From Eledone cirrhosa (taxonomy: Eukaryota): a stretch of 64,000 nt of DNA. Location of the stretch: the NCBI GenBank assembly GCA_964016885.1, contig OZ024757.1, positions 35,774,001 through 35,838,000 of the forward strand, read 5' to 3'. A program made the translations under genes and the position numbers. Each line of letters begins with the position of its first letter. Within the stretch, counting starts at the first letter, position 1. This document shows positions 13,703 to 27,900 of this stretch, one piece after another. Below the pieces are notes generated by a model, which did not search any database, was not told where the DNA came from, and worked only from the letters and a program-made list of their open reading frames with translations.

Positions 13703-16700
13703 TGAAACGAGAGAGAGAGTGCGAGATGAAACGAGAGTGAGAGAGCGAGATGAAACGAGAGAGTGAGAGCGAGATGAAATGAGAGAGAGAGAGAACGAGA
13801 TGAAATGAGAGAGAGAGAGAGAGCGAGATGAAATGAGACATAGAGAGATGAAACGAGAGAGAGATGAAACGAGAAAGAGAGGAAACGAGAGAGTGGAAAC
13901 AAGAGTAGAGAGCGAGATGAAACAGGAGTGAGAGAGCGAGATGAAACAGGAGAGAGAGAGCGAGATGAAACGAGAGGGAGAGAGAGATGAAACGAGAGAG
14001 CGAGAGAGAGATAGAGGGAAATGAAACGACAGAGAGAGAGACAGATGAAACGAGGGATATAGAGATGAAACGAGAGAGATATATGAAACGAGAGAGAGGA
14101 AGAGAGAGATAGAACGAGAGAGAGGAAGAGAGAGATGAAACGAGAGAGTGAGAGCGAGATGGAACGAGTCAGAGAGAGCGAGATGAAACGAGAGAGTGAG
14201 AGCTAGATGAAACGAGAGAGAGAGGAAACGAGAGTGTGGAAACGAGAGTAGAGAGCAAGATGAAACAGGAGAGAGAGAGAGCGAGATGAAACCGGAGAGA
14301 GAGAGCGAGATGAAACGAGAGGGAGGGAGAGATGAAACGAGAGAGCGAGAGAGAGATAGAGGGAGATGAAACGAGAGAGTGATAGCTAGATGAAACGAGA
14401 GAGAGAGGAATAGAGAGATGGAACGAGAGAGAGGAAGACAGATATGAAACGAGAGAGAGAGAGAGCGAGATGAAACGAGAGAGAGGAAGAGAGAGAGCGC
14501 GAGATGAAATGAGAGAGAGAGAGAGCGAGATGAAACGAGAGAGAGGAAGAGAGAGAGCGCGAGATGAAAAGAGAGAGAGAGAGAGAGCGAGATGAAAAGA
14601 GAGAGAGGAAGAGAGAGAGCGCGAGATGAAACGAGAGAGAGAGAGAGCGAGATGAAATGAGAGAGTGAGGGTGAGATGAAACGAGAGAGAGAGAGATAGC
14701 GAGATGAAATGAGAGAGAGAGAGCGAGATGAAATGAGAGAGAGAGAGAGCGAGATGAAACGAGACAGAGAAAGCGGGATGAAACGAGACAGAGAGATCGA
14801 GAGGAAATGAGAGACAGAGAGAGCGAGATGAAACGAGAGAGTGAGAGCGAGATGGAACGAGACAGAGAGAGCGAGATGAAACGAGAGAGTGAGGAAACGA
14901 GAGAGAGAGCGAGATGAAACAGGAGAGAGAGAGAGCGAGATAAAACAGGAGAGAGAGAGCGAGATGAAACGAGAGGGAGGGAGAGATGAAACGAGAGAGT
15001 GAGAGCGAGATGGAACGAGACAGAGAGAGCGAGATGAAACGAGACAGAGAGAGCGAGATGTAATGAGAGAGAGAGAGAGTGGGATGGAACGAGACAGAGA
15101 GGAAACGAGAGAGAGAGGAAACGAGAGAGAGGAAACGAGAGTAGAGAGCGAGATGAAACAGGAGAGAGAGAGCGAGGTGAAACAGGAGAGAGAGAGCGAG
15201 ATGAAACGAGAGGGAGGGAGAGATGAAACGAGAGAGGGAGAGAGAGATAGAGGGAGATGAAACGACAGAGAGAGAGACAGATGAAACGAGGGAGATAGAG
15301 ATGAAACGAGAGAGCGAGTTGAAACGAGAGAGTGAGAGCGAGATGGAACGAGGGAGATAGAGCGAGATGAAACGAGAGAGTGAGAGCTAGATGAAACGAG
15401 AGAGAGGAAACGAGAGAGAGGAAACGAGAGAGAGGAAACGAGAGTAGAGAGCAAGATGAAACAGGAGAGAGAGAGAGCGAGATGAAACCGGAGAGAGAGA
15501 GCGAGATGAAACGAGAGGGAGGGAGAGATGAAACGAGAGAGCGAGAGAGAGATAGAGGGAGATGAAATGAGAGAGTGACAGCTAGATGAAACGAGAGAGA
15601 GAGGAATAGAGAGATGGAACGAGAGAGAGGAAGACAGATATGAAACGAGAGAGAGAGAGAGCGAGATGAAACGAGAGAGAGGAAGAGAGAGAGCGCGAGA
15701 TGAAATGAGAGAGAGAGAGAGCGAGATGAAACGAGAGAGAGGAAGAGAGAGAGCGCGAGATGAAAGTCTGTCATGTAATGTTATGGACATATCTGCCCTT
15801 GGGGCTAATAATTGTCATTTAATGTTATGGACATATCTGCCCTTGGGGCTAATAATTGTCATGTAATGTTATGGATATCTCTGCCCCTGTGGCTAATAAT
15901 TCTGTCATGTAATGTTATGGACATCTCTGCCCCTGTGGCTAATAATTCTGTCATGTAATGTTATGGACATCTCTGCCCCTGTGGCTAATAATTCTGTCAT
16001 GTAATGTTATGGACATCTCTGCCCCTGTGGCTAATAATTCTGACATGTAATGTTATGGACATCTGTGCCCCTGTGGCTAATAAATCTGTCATGTAATGTT
16101 ATGGACATCTCTGCCCCTGTGGCTAATAATTCTGACATGTAATGTTATGGACATCTCTGCCCCTGTGGCTAATAATTCTGAGAGAGATGAAACAAGTGAG
16201 GGATTAGAGAGAGATGAAACAAGTGAGGGATTAGAGTGTTGAAACAAGAGAGAGGAAGAGAGAGTGAGAGCGAGATCAAACGAGAGAGAGAGAGAGAGAT
16301 GAAATGAGAGAGAGAGAACGAGATGAAACAAGACAGAGAGAGCGGGATGAAACGAGACAGAGAGAGCGAGAGCAAGATGAAACGAGAGAGAGAGATTAAA
16401 CGAGAGAGAGGAAGAGAGAGATGGAACGAGAGAGAGGAAGAGAGAGATGGAACGAGAGAGAGGAAGACAGAGATGAAACGAGAGAGAGAGAGATCGAGAT
16501 GAAATGAGAGAGAGGAAGAGAGAGAGCGCAAGATGAAACGAGAGAGAGAGAGAGAGAGCGAGATGAAACGAGAGAGAGGAAGAGAGAGAGCGCAAGATGA
16601 AACGAGAGAGAGGAAGAGAGAGAGCGCGAGATGAAACGTGAGAGAGAGAGCGAGATGAAATGAGAGAGTGAGAGTGAGATGAAACGAGAGAGAGAGAGAG

Positions 16701-16903
16701 AGCGTGATGAAATGAGAGAGAGAGAGCGAGATGAAATGAGAGAAAGAGAGTGACATGAAATGAGAGAGTGAGAGCGAGATGAAACGAGACAGGGAGAGCG
16801 AGATGAAATGAGAGAGTGAGAGCGAGATGAAACGAGAGAGTGAGAGCGAGATGAAACGAGAGAGAGAGAGAGCGAGATGACACGAGACAGAGAGAGCGAG
16901 ATG

Positions 16904-16941
<38 letters not shown>

Positions 16942-19900
16942 TGAAACGAGAGAGAGAGAGCGAGATGAAACGAGAGAGTGAGAGCGAGATGAAATGAGAG
17001 AGAGAGAGAACGAGATGAAATGAGAGAGAGAGAGAGCGAGATGAAATGAGACATAGAGAGATGAAACGAGAGAGAGATGAAACGAGAAAGAGAGGAAACG
17101 AGAGAGTGGAAACAAGAGTAGAGAGCGAGATGAAACAGGAGTGAGAGAGCGAGATGAAACAGGAGAGAGAGAGCGAGATGAAACGAGAGGGAGAGAGAGA
17201 TGAAACGAGAGAGCGAGAGAGAGATAGAGGGAAATGAAACGACAGAGAGAGAGACAGATGAAACGAGGGATATAGAGATGAAACGAGAGAGATATATGAA
17301 ACGAGAGAGAGGAAGAGAGAGATAGAACGAGAGAGAGGAAGAGAGAGTGAGAGCGAGATGGAACGAGTCAGAGAGAGCGAGATGAAACGAGAGAGTGAGA
17401 GCTAGATGAAACGAGAGAGAGAGGAAACGAGAGTGTGGAAACGAGAGTAGAGAGCAAGATGAAACAGGAGAGAGAGAGAGCGAGATGAAACCGGAGAGAG
17501 AGAGCGAGATGAAACGAGAGGGAGGGAGAGATGAAACGAGAGAGCGAGAGAGAGATAGAGGGAGATGAAACGAGAGAGTGATAGCTAGATGAAACGAGAG
17601 AGAGAGGAATAGAGAGATGGAACGAGAGAGAGGAAGACAGATATGAAACGAGAGAGAGAGAGAGCGAGATGAAACGAGAGAGAGGAAGAGAGAGAGCGCG
17701 AGATGAAATGAGAGAGAGAGAGAGCGAGATGAAACGAGAGAGAGGAAGAGAGAGAGCGCGAGATGAAAAGAGAGAGAGAGAGAGAGCGAGATGAAAAGAG
17801 AGAGAGGAAGAGAGAGAGCGCGAGATGAAACGAGAGAGAGAGAGAGCGAGATGAAATGAGAGAGTGAGGGTGAGATGAAACGAGAGAGAGAGAGATAGCG
17901 AGATGAAATGAGAGAGAGAGAGCGAGATGAAATGAGAGAGAGAGAGAGCGAGATGAAACGAGACAGAGAAAGCGGGATGAAACGAGACAGAGAGATCGAG
18001 AGGAAATGAGAGACAGAGAGAGCGAGATGAAACGAGAGAGTGAGAGCGAGATGGAACGAGACAGAGAGAGCGAGATGAAACGAGAGAGTGAGGAAACGAG
18101 AGAGAGAGCGAGATGAAACAGGAGAGAGAGAGAGCGAGATAAAACAGGAGAGAGAGAGCGAGATGAAACGAGAGGGAGGGAGAGATGAAACGAGAGAGTG
18201 AGAGCGAGATGGAACGAGACAGAGAGAGCGAGATGAAACGAGACAGAGAGAGCGAGATGTAATGAGAGAGAGAGAGAGTGGGATGGAACGAGACAGAGAG
18301 GAAACGAGAGAGAGAGGAAACGAGAGAGAGGAAACGAGAGTAGAGAGCGAGATGAAACAGGAGAGAGAGAGCGAGGTGAAACAGGAGAGAGAGAGCGAGA
18401 TGAAACGAGAGGGAGGGAGAGATGAAACGAGAGAGGGAGAGAGAGATAGAGGGAGATGAAACGACAGAGAGAGAGACAGATGAAACGAGGGAGATAGAGA
18501 TGAAACGAGAGAGCGAGTTGAAACGAGAGAGTGAGAGCGAGATGGAACGAGGGAGATAGAGCGAGATGAAACGAGAGAGTGAGAGCTAGATGAAACGAGA
18601 GAGAGGAAACGAGAGAGAGGAAACGAGAGTAGAGAGCAAGATGAAACAGGAGAGAGAGAGAGCGAGATGAAACCGGAGAGAGAGAGCGAGATGAAACGAG
18701 AGGGAGGGAGAGATGAAACGAGAGAGCGAGAGAGAGATAGAGGGAGATGAAACGAGAGAGTGACAGCTAGATGAAACGAGAGAGAGAGGAATAGAGAGAT
18801 GGAACGAGAGAGAGGAAGACAGATATGAAACGAGAGAGAGAGAGAGCGAGATGAAAAGAGAGAGAGGAAGAGAGAGAGCGCGAGATGAAATGAGAGAGAG
18901 AGAGAGCGAGATGAAACGAGAGAGAGGAAGAGAGAGAGCGCGAGATGAAAGTCTGTCATGTAATGTTATGGACATATCTGCCCTTGGGGCTAATAATTGT
19001 CATTTAATGTTATGGACATATCTGCCCTTGGGGCTAATAATTGTCATGTAATGTTATGGATATCTCTGCCCCTGTGGCTAATAATTCTGTCATGTAATGT
19101 TATGGACATCTCTGCCCCTGTGGCTAATAATTCTGTCATGTAATGTTATGGACATCTCTGCCCCTGTGGCTAATAATTCTGTCATGTAATGTTATGGACA
19201 TCTCTGCCCCTGTGGCTAATAATTCTGACATGTAATGTTATGGACATCTGTGCCCCTGTGGCTAATAAATCTGTCATGTAATGTTATGGACATCTCTGCC
19301 CCTGTGGCTAATAATTCTGACATGTAATGTTATGGACATCTCTGCCCCTGTGGCTAATAATTCTGAGAGAGATGAAACAAGTGAGGGATTAGAGAGAGAT
19401 GAAACAAGTGAGGGATTAGAGTGTTGAAACAAGAGAGAGGAAGAGAGAGTGAGAGCGAGATCAAACGAGAGAGAGAGAGAGAGATGAAATGAGAGAGAGA
19501 GAACGAGATGAAACAAGACAGAGAGAGCGGGATGAAACGAGACAGAGAGAGCGAGAGCGAGATGAAACGAGACAGAGAGAGCGAGGTGAAACGAGAGAGA
19601 GAGAGCGAGATGAAATGAGAGAGAGAGAGCGAGATGAAACGAGAGAGTGAGAGCGAGATGGAACGAGAGAGAGAGAGCGAGATGAAATGAGAGAGAGAGA
19701 GCGAGATGAAATGAGAGAGAGAGAGCGAGATGAAACGAGACAGAGAGAGCGGGATGAAACGAGACAGAGAGAGCGAGAGCGAGATGAAACGAGACAGAGA
19801 GAGCGAGATGAAACGAGAGAGAGAGAGCGAGATGAAATGAGAGAGAGAGAGCGCGATGAAACGAGAGAGTGAGAGCGAAATGGAACGAGACAGAGAGAGC

Positions 19901-20635
19901 AAGATGAAACGAGAGTGGGAGAGCTAGATGAAACGAGAGAGAGAGGAAACGAGAGAGACGAAACGAGAGAGAGGAAACGAGAGTAGAGAGCGAGATGAAA
20001 CAGGAGAGAGAGAGCGAGATGAAACAGGAGAGAGATAGCGAGATGAAACGAGAGGGAGAGAGAGATGAAACGAGAGAGCGAGAGAGAGATAGAGGGAGAT
20101 GAAACGACAGAGAGAGAGACAGATGAAACGAGGGAGATAGAGATGAAACGAGAGAGAGGAAGAGAGAGAGGAAGAGAGAGATGGAACGAGAGAGAGGAAG
20201 ACAGAGATGAAACGAGAGAGAGAGAGAGCAAGATGAAACGAGAGAGAGAGATTAAACGAGAGAGAGGAAGAGAGAGAGTGAGAGAGAGAGCGAGATGAAA
20301 CGAGAGAGAGGAAGAGAGAGAGCGCAAGATGAAACGAGAGAGAGGAAGAGAGAGAGCGCGAGATGAAACGAGAGAGAGAGAGCGAGATGAAATGAGAGAG
20401 TGAGAGTGAGATGAAACGAGAGAGAGAGAGAGAGCGTGATGAAATGAGAGAGAGAGAGCGAGATGAAATGAGAGAAAGAGAGTGACATGAAATAAGAGAG
20501 TGAGAGCGAGATGAAACGAGACAGGGAGAGCGAGATGAAATGAGAGAGTGAGAGCGAGATGAAACGAGAGAGTGAGAGCGAGATGAAACGAGAGAGAGAG
20601 AGAGCGAGATGACACGAGACAGAGAGAGCGAGATG

Positions 20636-20692
<57 letters not shown>

Positions 20693-23600
20693 AACGAGAG
20701 AGAGAGTGCGAGATGAAACGAGAGTGAGAGAGCGAGATGAAACGAGAGAGTGAGAGCGAGATGAAATGAGAGAGAGAGAGAACGAGATGAAATGAGAGAG
20801 AGAGAGAGCGAGATGAAATGAGACATAGAGAGATGAAACGAGAGAGAGATGAAACGAGAAAGAGAGGAAACGAGAGAGTGGAAACAAGAGTAGAGAGCGA
20901 GATGAAACAGGAGTGAGAGAGCGAGATGAAACAGGAGAGAGAGGGCGAGATGAAACGAGAGGGAGAGAGAGATGAAACGAGAGAGCGAGAGAGAGATAGA
21001 GGGAAATGAAACGACAGAGAGAGAGACAGATGAAACGAGGGATATAGAGATGAAACGAGAGAGATATATGAAACGAGAGAGAGGAAGAGAGAGATAGAAC
21101 GAGAGAGAGGAAGAGAGAGATGAAACGAGAGAGTGAGAGCGAGATGGAACGAGTCAGAGAGAGCGAGATGAAACGAGAGAGTGAGAGCTAGATGAAACGA
21201 GAGAGAGAGGAAACGAGAGAGAGGAAACGAAAGTGTGGAAACGAGAGTAGAGAGCAAGATGAAACAGGAGAGAGAGAGAGCGAGATGAAACCGGAGAGAG
21301 AGAGCGAGATGAAACGAGAGGGAGGGAGAGATGAAACGAGAGAGCGAGAGAGAGATAGAGGGAGATGAAACGAGAGAGTGATAGCTAGATGAAACGAGAG
21401 AGAGAGGAATAGAGAGATGGAACGAGAGAGAGGAAGACAGATATGAAACGAGAGAGAGAGAGAGCGAGATGAAACGAGAGAGAGGAAGAGAGAGAGCGCG
21501 AGATGAAATGAGAGAGAGAGAGAGCGAGATGAAACGAGAGAGAGGAAGAGAGAGAGCGCGAGATGAAAAGAGAGAGAGAGAGAGAGCGAGATGAAAAGAG
21601 AGAGAGGAAGAGAGAGAGCGCGAGATGAAACGAGAGAGAGAGAGCGAGATGAAATGAGAGAGTTAGGGTGAGATGAAACGAGAGAGAGAGAGAAAGCGAG
21701 ATGAAATGAGAGAGAGAGAGCGAGATGAAATGAGAGAGAGAGAGAGCGAGATGAAACGAGACAGAGAAAGCGGGATGAAACGAGACAGAGAGATCGAGAG
21801 GAAATGAGAGACAGAGAGAGCGAGATGAAACGAGAGAGTGAGAGCGAGATGGAACGAGACAGAGAGAGCGAGATGAAACGAGAGAGTGAGGAAACGAGAG
21901 AGAGAGCGAGATGAAACAGGAGAGAGAGAGAGCGAGATAAAACAGGAGAGAGAGAGCGAGATGAAACGAGAGGGAGGGAGAGATGAAACGAGAGAGTGAG
22001 AGCGAGATGGAACGAGACAGAGAGAGCGAGATGAAACGAGACAGAGAGAGCGAGATGTAATGAGAGAGAGAGAGAGTGGGATGGAACGAGACAGAGAGGA
22101 AACGAGAGAGAGAGGAAACGAGAGAGAGGAAACGAGAGTAGAGAGCGAGATGAAACAGGAGAGAGAGAGCGAGGTGAAACAGGAGAGAGAGAGCGAGATG
22201 AAACGAGAGGGAGGGAGAGATGAAACGAGAGAGGGAGAGAGAGATAGAGGGAGATGAAACGACAGAGAGAGAGACAGATGAAACGAGGGAGATAGAGATG
22301 AAACGAGAGAGCGAGTTGAAACGAGAGAGTGAGAGCGAGATGGAACGAGAGAGTGAGAGCTAGATGAAACGAGAGAGAGATGGAACGAGAGAGAGAGGAA
22401 GAGAGAGATGGAACGAGAGAGAGGAAGACAGAAATGAAACGAGAGAGAGAGAACGAGATGAAACGAGAGAGAGGAAGAGAGAGAGCGCGAGATGAAACGA
22501 GAGAGAGAGAGAGCGAGATGAAACGAGAGAGAGAGAGAGCGAGATGAAACGAGAGAGAGGAAGAGAGAGAGCGCGAGATGAAACGAGAGAGAGAGAGCGC
22601 GAGATGAAAGTCTGTCATGTAATGTTATGGACATATCTTCCCTTGGGGCTAATAATTGTCATGTAATGTTATGGACATATCTGCCTTTGGGGCTAATAAT
22701 TGTCATGTAATGTTATGTACATCTCTGCCCCTGTGGCTAATAATTCTGAGAGAGATGAAACAAGTGAGGGATAAGAGAGAGATGAAACAAGTGAGGGATT
22801 AGAGTGTTGAAACAAGAGAGAGAGAGGAAGAGAGAGTGAGAGCGAGATCAAACGAGAGAGAGAGCGCGAGATGAAATGAGAGAGTGAGAGCGAGATGAAA
22901 CGAGAGAAAGAGAGCGAGATGAAATGAGAGAGAGAGAGCGAGATGAAATGAGAGAGAGAGAGCGAGATGAAACGAGACAGAGAGAGCGGGATGAAACGAG
23001 ACAGAGAGAGCGAGATGAAATGAGTGAGAGAGAGAGCGAAATGAAACGAGACAGAGAGAGCAAGATGAAACGAGAGAGAGAGAGCGAGATGAAATGAGAG
23101 AGAGAGAGCGAGATGAAACGAGAGAGTGAGAGCTAGAGGAAACGAGAGAGAGAGCGAGATGAAGCAGGAGAGAGAGAGCGAGATGAAACGAGAGGGAGAG
23201 ATGAAACGAGAGAGCGAGAGAGAGATAGAGGGAGATGAAACGACAGAGAGAGAGACAGATGAAACGAGGGAGATAGAGATGAAACGAGAGAGGGAGATCA
23301 AACGAGAGAGGAAGAGAGAGATGGAACGAGAGAGAGGAAGAGAGAGATGAAACGAGAGAGAGGAAGACAGAGATGAATAGAGAGAGAGAGAGAGAGAGCG
23401 AGATGAAACGAGAGAGAGGAAGAGAGAGAGCGCGAGATGAAACGAGAGAGAGAGAGCGCGAGATGAAACTCTGTCATGTAATGTTATGGACATATCTGCC
23501 CTTGGGGCTAATAATTGTCATGTAATGTTATGTACATCTCTGCCGCTGTGGCTAATAATTCTGTCATGTAATGTTATAGACATCTCTGCCCCTGTGGCTA

Positions 23601-24810
23601 ATAATTATGTCATGTAATGTTATGGACATCTCTGCCCCTGTGGCTAATAATTCTGTCATGTAATGTTATGGACATCTCTGCGCCTGTGGCTAATAAATTC
23701 CTCATGTAATGTTATGGACATCTCTGCTCCTGCGGCTAATAAATCTGTCATGTAATGTTATGGACATCTCTGCCCCTGTGGCTAATAATTCTGACATGTA
23801 ATGTTATGGACATCTCTGCCCCTGTGGCTAATAATTCTGAGAGAGATGAAACAAGTGAGGGATAAGAGAGAGATGAAACAAGTGAGGGATTAGAGTGTTG
23901 AAACAAGAGAGAGAGAGGAAGAGAGAGTGAGAGCGAGATCAAACGAGAGAGAGAGAGCGAGATGAAATGAGAGAGTGAGAGCGAGATGAAACGAGAGAGA
24001 GAGAGCGAGATGAAATGAGAGAGAGAGAGCGAGATGAAATGTGAGAGAGAGAGCGAGATGAAACGAGACAGAGGGAGCGGGATGAAACGAGACAGAGAGA
24101 GCAAGATGAAATGAGAGAGAGAGAGAGCGAAATGAAACGAGACAGAGAGAGCGAGATGAAACGAGAGAGAGAGAGCGAGATGAAATGAGAGCGAGAGAGC
24201 GAGATGAAACGAGAGAGTGAGAGCTAGAGGAAACGAGAGAGAGAGGAAACGAGAGAGAGGATACGAGAGTAGAGAGCGAGATGAAACAGGAGAGAGAGAG
24301 CGAGATGAAACAGGAGAGAGAGAGCGAGATGAAATGAGAGGGAGAGAGAGATGAAACGAGAGAGCGAGAGAGAGATAGAGGGAGATGAAACAACAGAGAG
24401 AGAGACAGATGAAACGAGGGAGATAGAGATGAAACGAGAGAGGAAGAGAGAGATGGAACGAGAGAGATGAAACGAGAGAGAGGAAGACAGAGATGAATAG
24501 AGAGAGAGAGAGCGAGATGAAACGAGAGAGAGGAAGAGAGAGAGCGCGAGATGAAACGAGAGAGAGAGAGCACGAGATGAAACTCTGTCATGTAATGTTA
24601 TGGACATATCTGCCCTTGGGGCTAATAATTGTCATGTAATGTTATGGACGTCTCTGCCCCTGTGGCTAATAATTCTGTCATGTAATGTTATGGACATCTC
24701 TGCCCCTGTGGCTAATAATTCTGACATGTAATGTTATGGACATCTCTGCCCCTCTGGCTAATAATTCTGACATGTAATGTTATGGACATCTCTGCCCCTG
24801 TGGCTAATAA
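8908..24810 (-). repeat. Composite satellite block 2 (inverted orientation)
   Basis: Same grammar on the minus strand. 46-bp arrays at 9876-10230, 11844-12253, 15770-16179, 18955-19364, 22614-22747, 23473-23838 and 24587-24810. Decays into (GA)n near 8908-9150. Confidence 0.97.
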
Positions 24811-24954
24811 ATCAGAATTATTAGCCACAGGGGCAGAGATGTCCATAACATTACATGTCAGAATTATTAGCCAGAGGGGCAGAGATGTCCATAACATTAC
24901 ATGTCAGAATTATTAGCCACAGGGGCAGAGATGTCCATAACATTACATGACAGA
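24674..24954. repeat. Perfect inverted repeat (137-bp arms, 7-nt spacer) at the satellite polarity switch
   Basis: 24674-24810 is the exact reverse complement of 24818-24954. Spacer is ATCAGAA. First mismatch is at 24673/24955. Confidence 0.92.
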
Positions 24955-27900
24955 TTTATTAGCCACAGGGGCAGAGATGTCCATAACACTACATGTCAGA
25001 ATTATTAGCCACAGGGGCAGAGATGTCCATAACATTACATTACATAATTATTAGCCACAGGGGCAGAGATGTCCATAACATTACATGACAGAATTATTAG
25101 CCACAGGGGCAGAGATGTCCATAACATTACATGACAATTATTAGCCCCAAGGGCAGATATGTCCATAACATTACATGACAGACTTTCATCTCGCGCTCTC
25201 TCTCTCGTTTCATCTCGCGCTCTCTCTCTTCCTCTCTCTCGTTTCATCTCGCTCTCTCTCTCTCGTTTCATCTCGCGTTAACTCTCTTCCTCTCTCTCGT
25301 TTCATCTCGCTCTCTCTCTCTCGTTCCATCTCTCTCTTCCTCTCTCTCGTTCCATCTCTCTCTTCCTCTCTCTCGTTTCATCTCTCTCTCTCGTTTCATC
25401 TGTATCTCCCTCGTTTCATCTGTCTCTCTCTCTGTCGTTTCATCTCCCTCTAACTCTCTCTCGCTCTCTCGTTTCATCTCTCTCTCCCTCTCGTTTCATC
25501 TCGCTCTCTCTCTCCTGTTTCATCTCGCTCTCTCTCTCCTGTTTCATCTCGCTCTCTCTCTCCTGTTTCATCTCGCTCTCTACTCTCGTTTCCTCTCTCT
25601 CGTTTCCTCTCTCTCTCGTTTCCTCTCTCTATCGTTTCCTCTAGCTCTCACTCTCTCGTTTCATCTCGCTCTCTCTCTCTCATTTCATCTCGCTCTCTCT
25701 CTCTCGTTTCATCTCGCTCTCTCTGTCTCGTTTCATTTCGCTCTCTCTCTCATTTCATCTCGCTATCTCTATCTCGTTTCATCCCGCTCTCTCTGTCTCG
25801 TTTCATCTCGCTCTCTCTCTCTCATTTCATCTCGCTCTCTCTCTCTCTCTCGTTTCATCTCGCTCTCACTCTCTCATTTCATCTCGCTCTCTCTCTCTCG
25901 TTTGATCTCGCTCTCACTCTATCTTCCTCTCTCTCTCTTGTTTCAACACTCTAATCCCTCACTTGTTTCATCTCTCTCAGATTTATTAGCCACAGGGGCA
26001 GAGATGTCCATAACATTACATGACGAATTTATTAGCCACAGGGGCAGAGATGTCCATAACATTACATGACAGAATTATTAGCCACAGGGGCAGAGATGTC
26101 CATAACATTACATGACATAATTATTAGCCACAGGGGCAGAGATGTCCATAACATTACATGACAGAATTATTAGCCACAGGGGCAGAGATGTACATAACAT
26201 TACATGACAATTATTAGCCCCAAGGGCAGATATGTCCATAACATTACATGACAATTATTAGCCCCAAGGGCAGATATGTCCATAACATTACATGACAGAC
26301 TTTAATCTCGCGCTCTCTCTCTCTCGTTTCATCTCACCCTCTCTCTCTTCCTCTCTCTCGTTTCATCTCGCTCTCTCTCTCTCTCGTTTCATCTCGCGCT
26401 CTCTCTCTTCCTCTCTCTCTTCCTCTCTCTCGTTTCATATCGCTCTCTCTCTCTCTCGTTTCATCTTTGTCTTCCTCTCTCTCGTTCCATCTCTCTCTCG
26501 TTTCATCTAGCTCTCACTCTCTCGTTTCATCTCGCTCTCTCTGTCTCGTTCCATCTCGCTCTCACTCTCTCGTTTCATCTCGCTCTCTCGTTTCATCTCT
26601 ATCTCCCTCGTTTCATCTGTCTCTCTCTCTGTCGTTTCATCTCGCTCAATCTCTCTCTCGCTCTCTCGTTTCATCTCTCCCTCCCTCTCGTTTCATCTAG
26701 CTCACACTCTCTCGTTTCATCTCGCTCTCTCTGTTTCGTTCCATCTCGCTCTCACTCTCTCGTTTCATCTCGCTCTCTCTGTCTCTCATTTCATCTCGAT
26801 CTCTCTGTCTCGTTTCATCTCGCTCTCTCTCTCTCATTTCATCTCGCTCTCTCTCTCATTTCATCTCGCTCTCTCTCTCTCTCTCGTTTCATCTCACTCT
26901 CACTCTCTCTCTCGTTTCATCACGCGCTCTCTCTCTTCCTCTCTCTCGTTTCATCTCGCTCTCTCTCTCTCTCTCGTTTCATCACGCGCTCTCTCTCTTC
27001 CTCTCTCTCGTTCCATCTCTCTCTTCCTCTCTCTCGTTCCATCTCTCTCTTCCTCTCTCTCGTTTCATCTCTCTCTCTCGTTTCATCTCTATCTCCCTCG
27101 TTTCATCTGTCTCTCTCTCTGTCGTTTCATCTCCCTCTATCTCTCTCTCGCTCTCTCGTTTCATCTCTCTCTCCCTCTCGTTTCATCTCGCTCTCTCTCT
27201 CCTGTTTCATCTCGCTCTCTCTCTCTCCTGTTTCATCTCGCTCTCTACTCTCGTTTCCTCACTCTCGTTTCCTCTCTCTCTCGTTTCCTCTCTCTCTCGT
27301 TTCATGTAGCTCTCACTCTCTCGTTTCATCTCGCTCTCTCTCTCTCATTTCATCTCGCTCTCTCTCTCTCGTTTCATCTCGCTCTCTCTGTCTCGTTTCA
27401 TCTCACTCTCTCTGTCTCTCATTTCATCTCGCTCTCTCTGTCTCGTTTCATCCCACTCTCTCTGTCTCGTTTCATCTCGTTCTCTCTCTCTCATTTCATC
27501 TCGCTCTCTCTCTCTCGTTTCATCTCGCTCTCACTCTCTCATTTCATCTCGCTCTCTCTCTCTCATTTCATCTCGCTCTCTCTCTCTCGTTTGAACTCGC
27601 TCTCACTCTCTCTTCCTCTCTCTTGTTTCAACACTTTAATCCCTCACTTGTTTCATCTCTCTCTAATCCCTCAATTGTTTCATCTCTCTCAGAATCATTA
27701 GCCACAGGGGCAGAGATGTCCATAACGTTACATGTCAGAATTATTAGCCACAGGGGAAGAGATGTCCATAACATTACATGTCAGAATTATTAGCCACAGG
27801 GGCAGAGATGTCCATAACATTACATGACAGAGTTATTAGCCACAGGGGCAGAGATGTCCATAACATTACATGACGAATTTATTAGCCACAGGGGCAGAGA

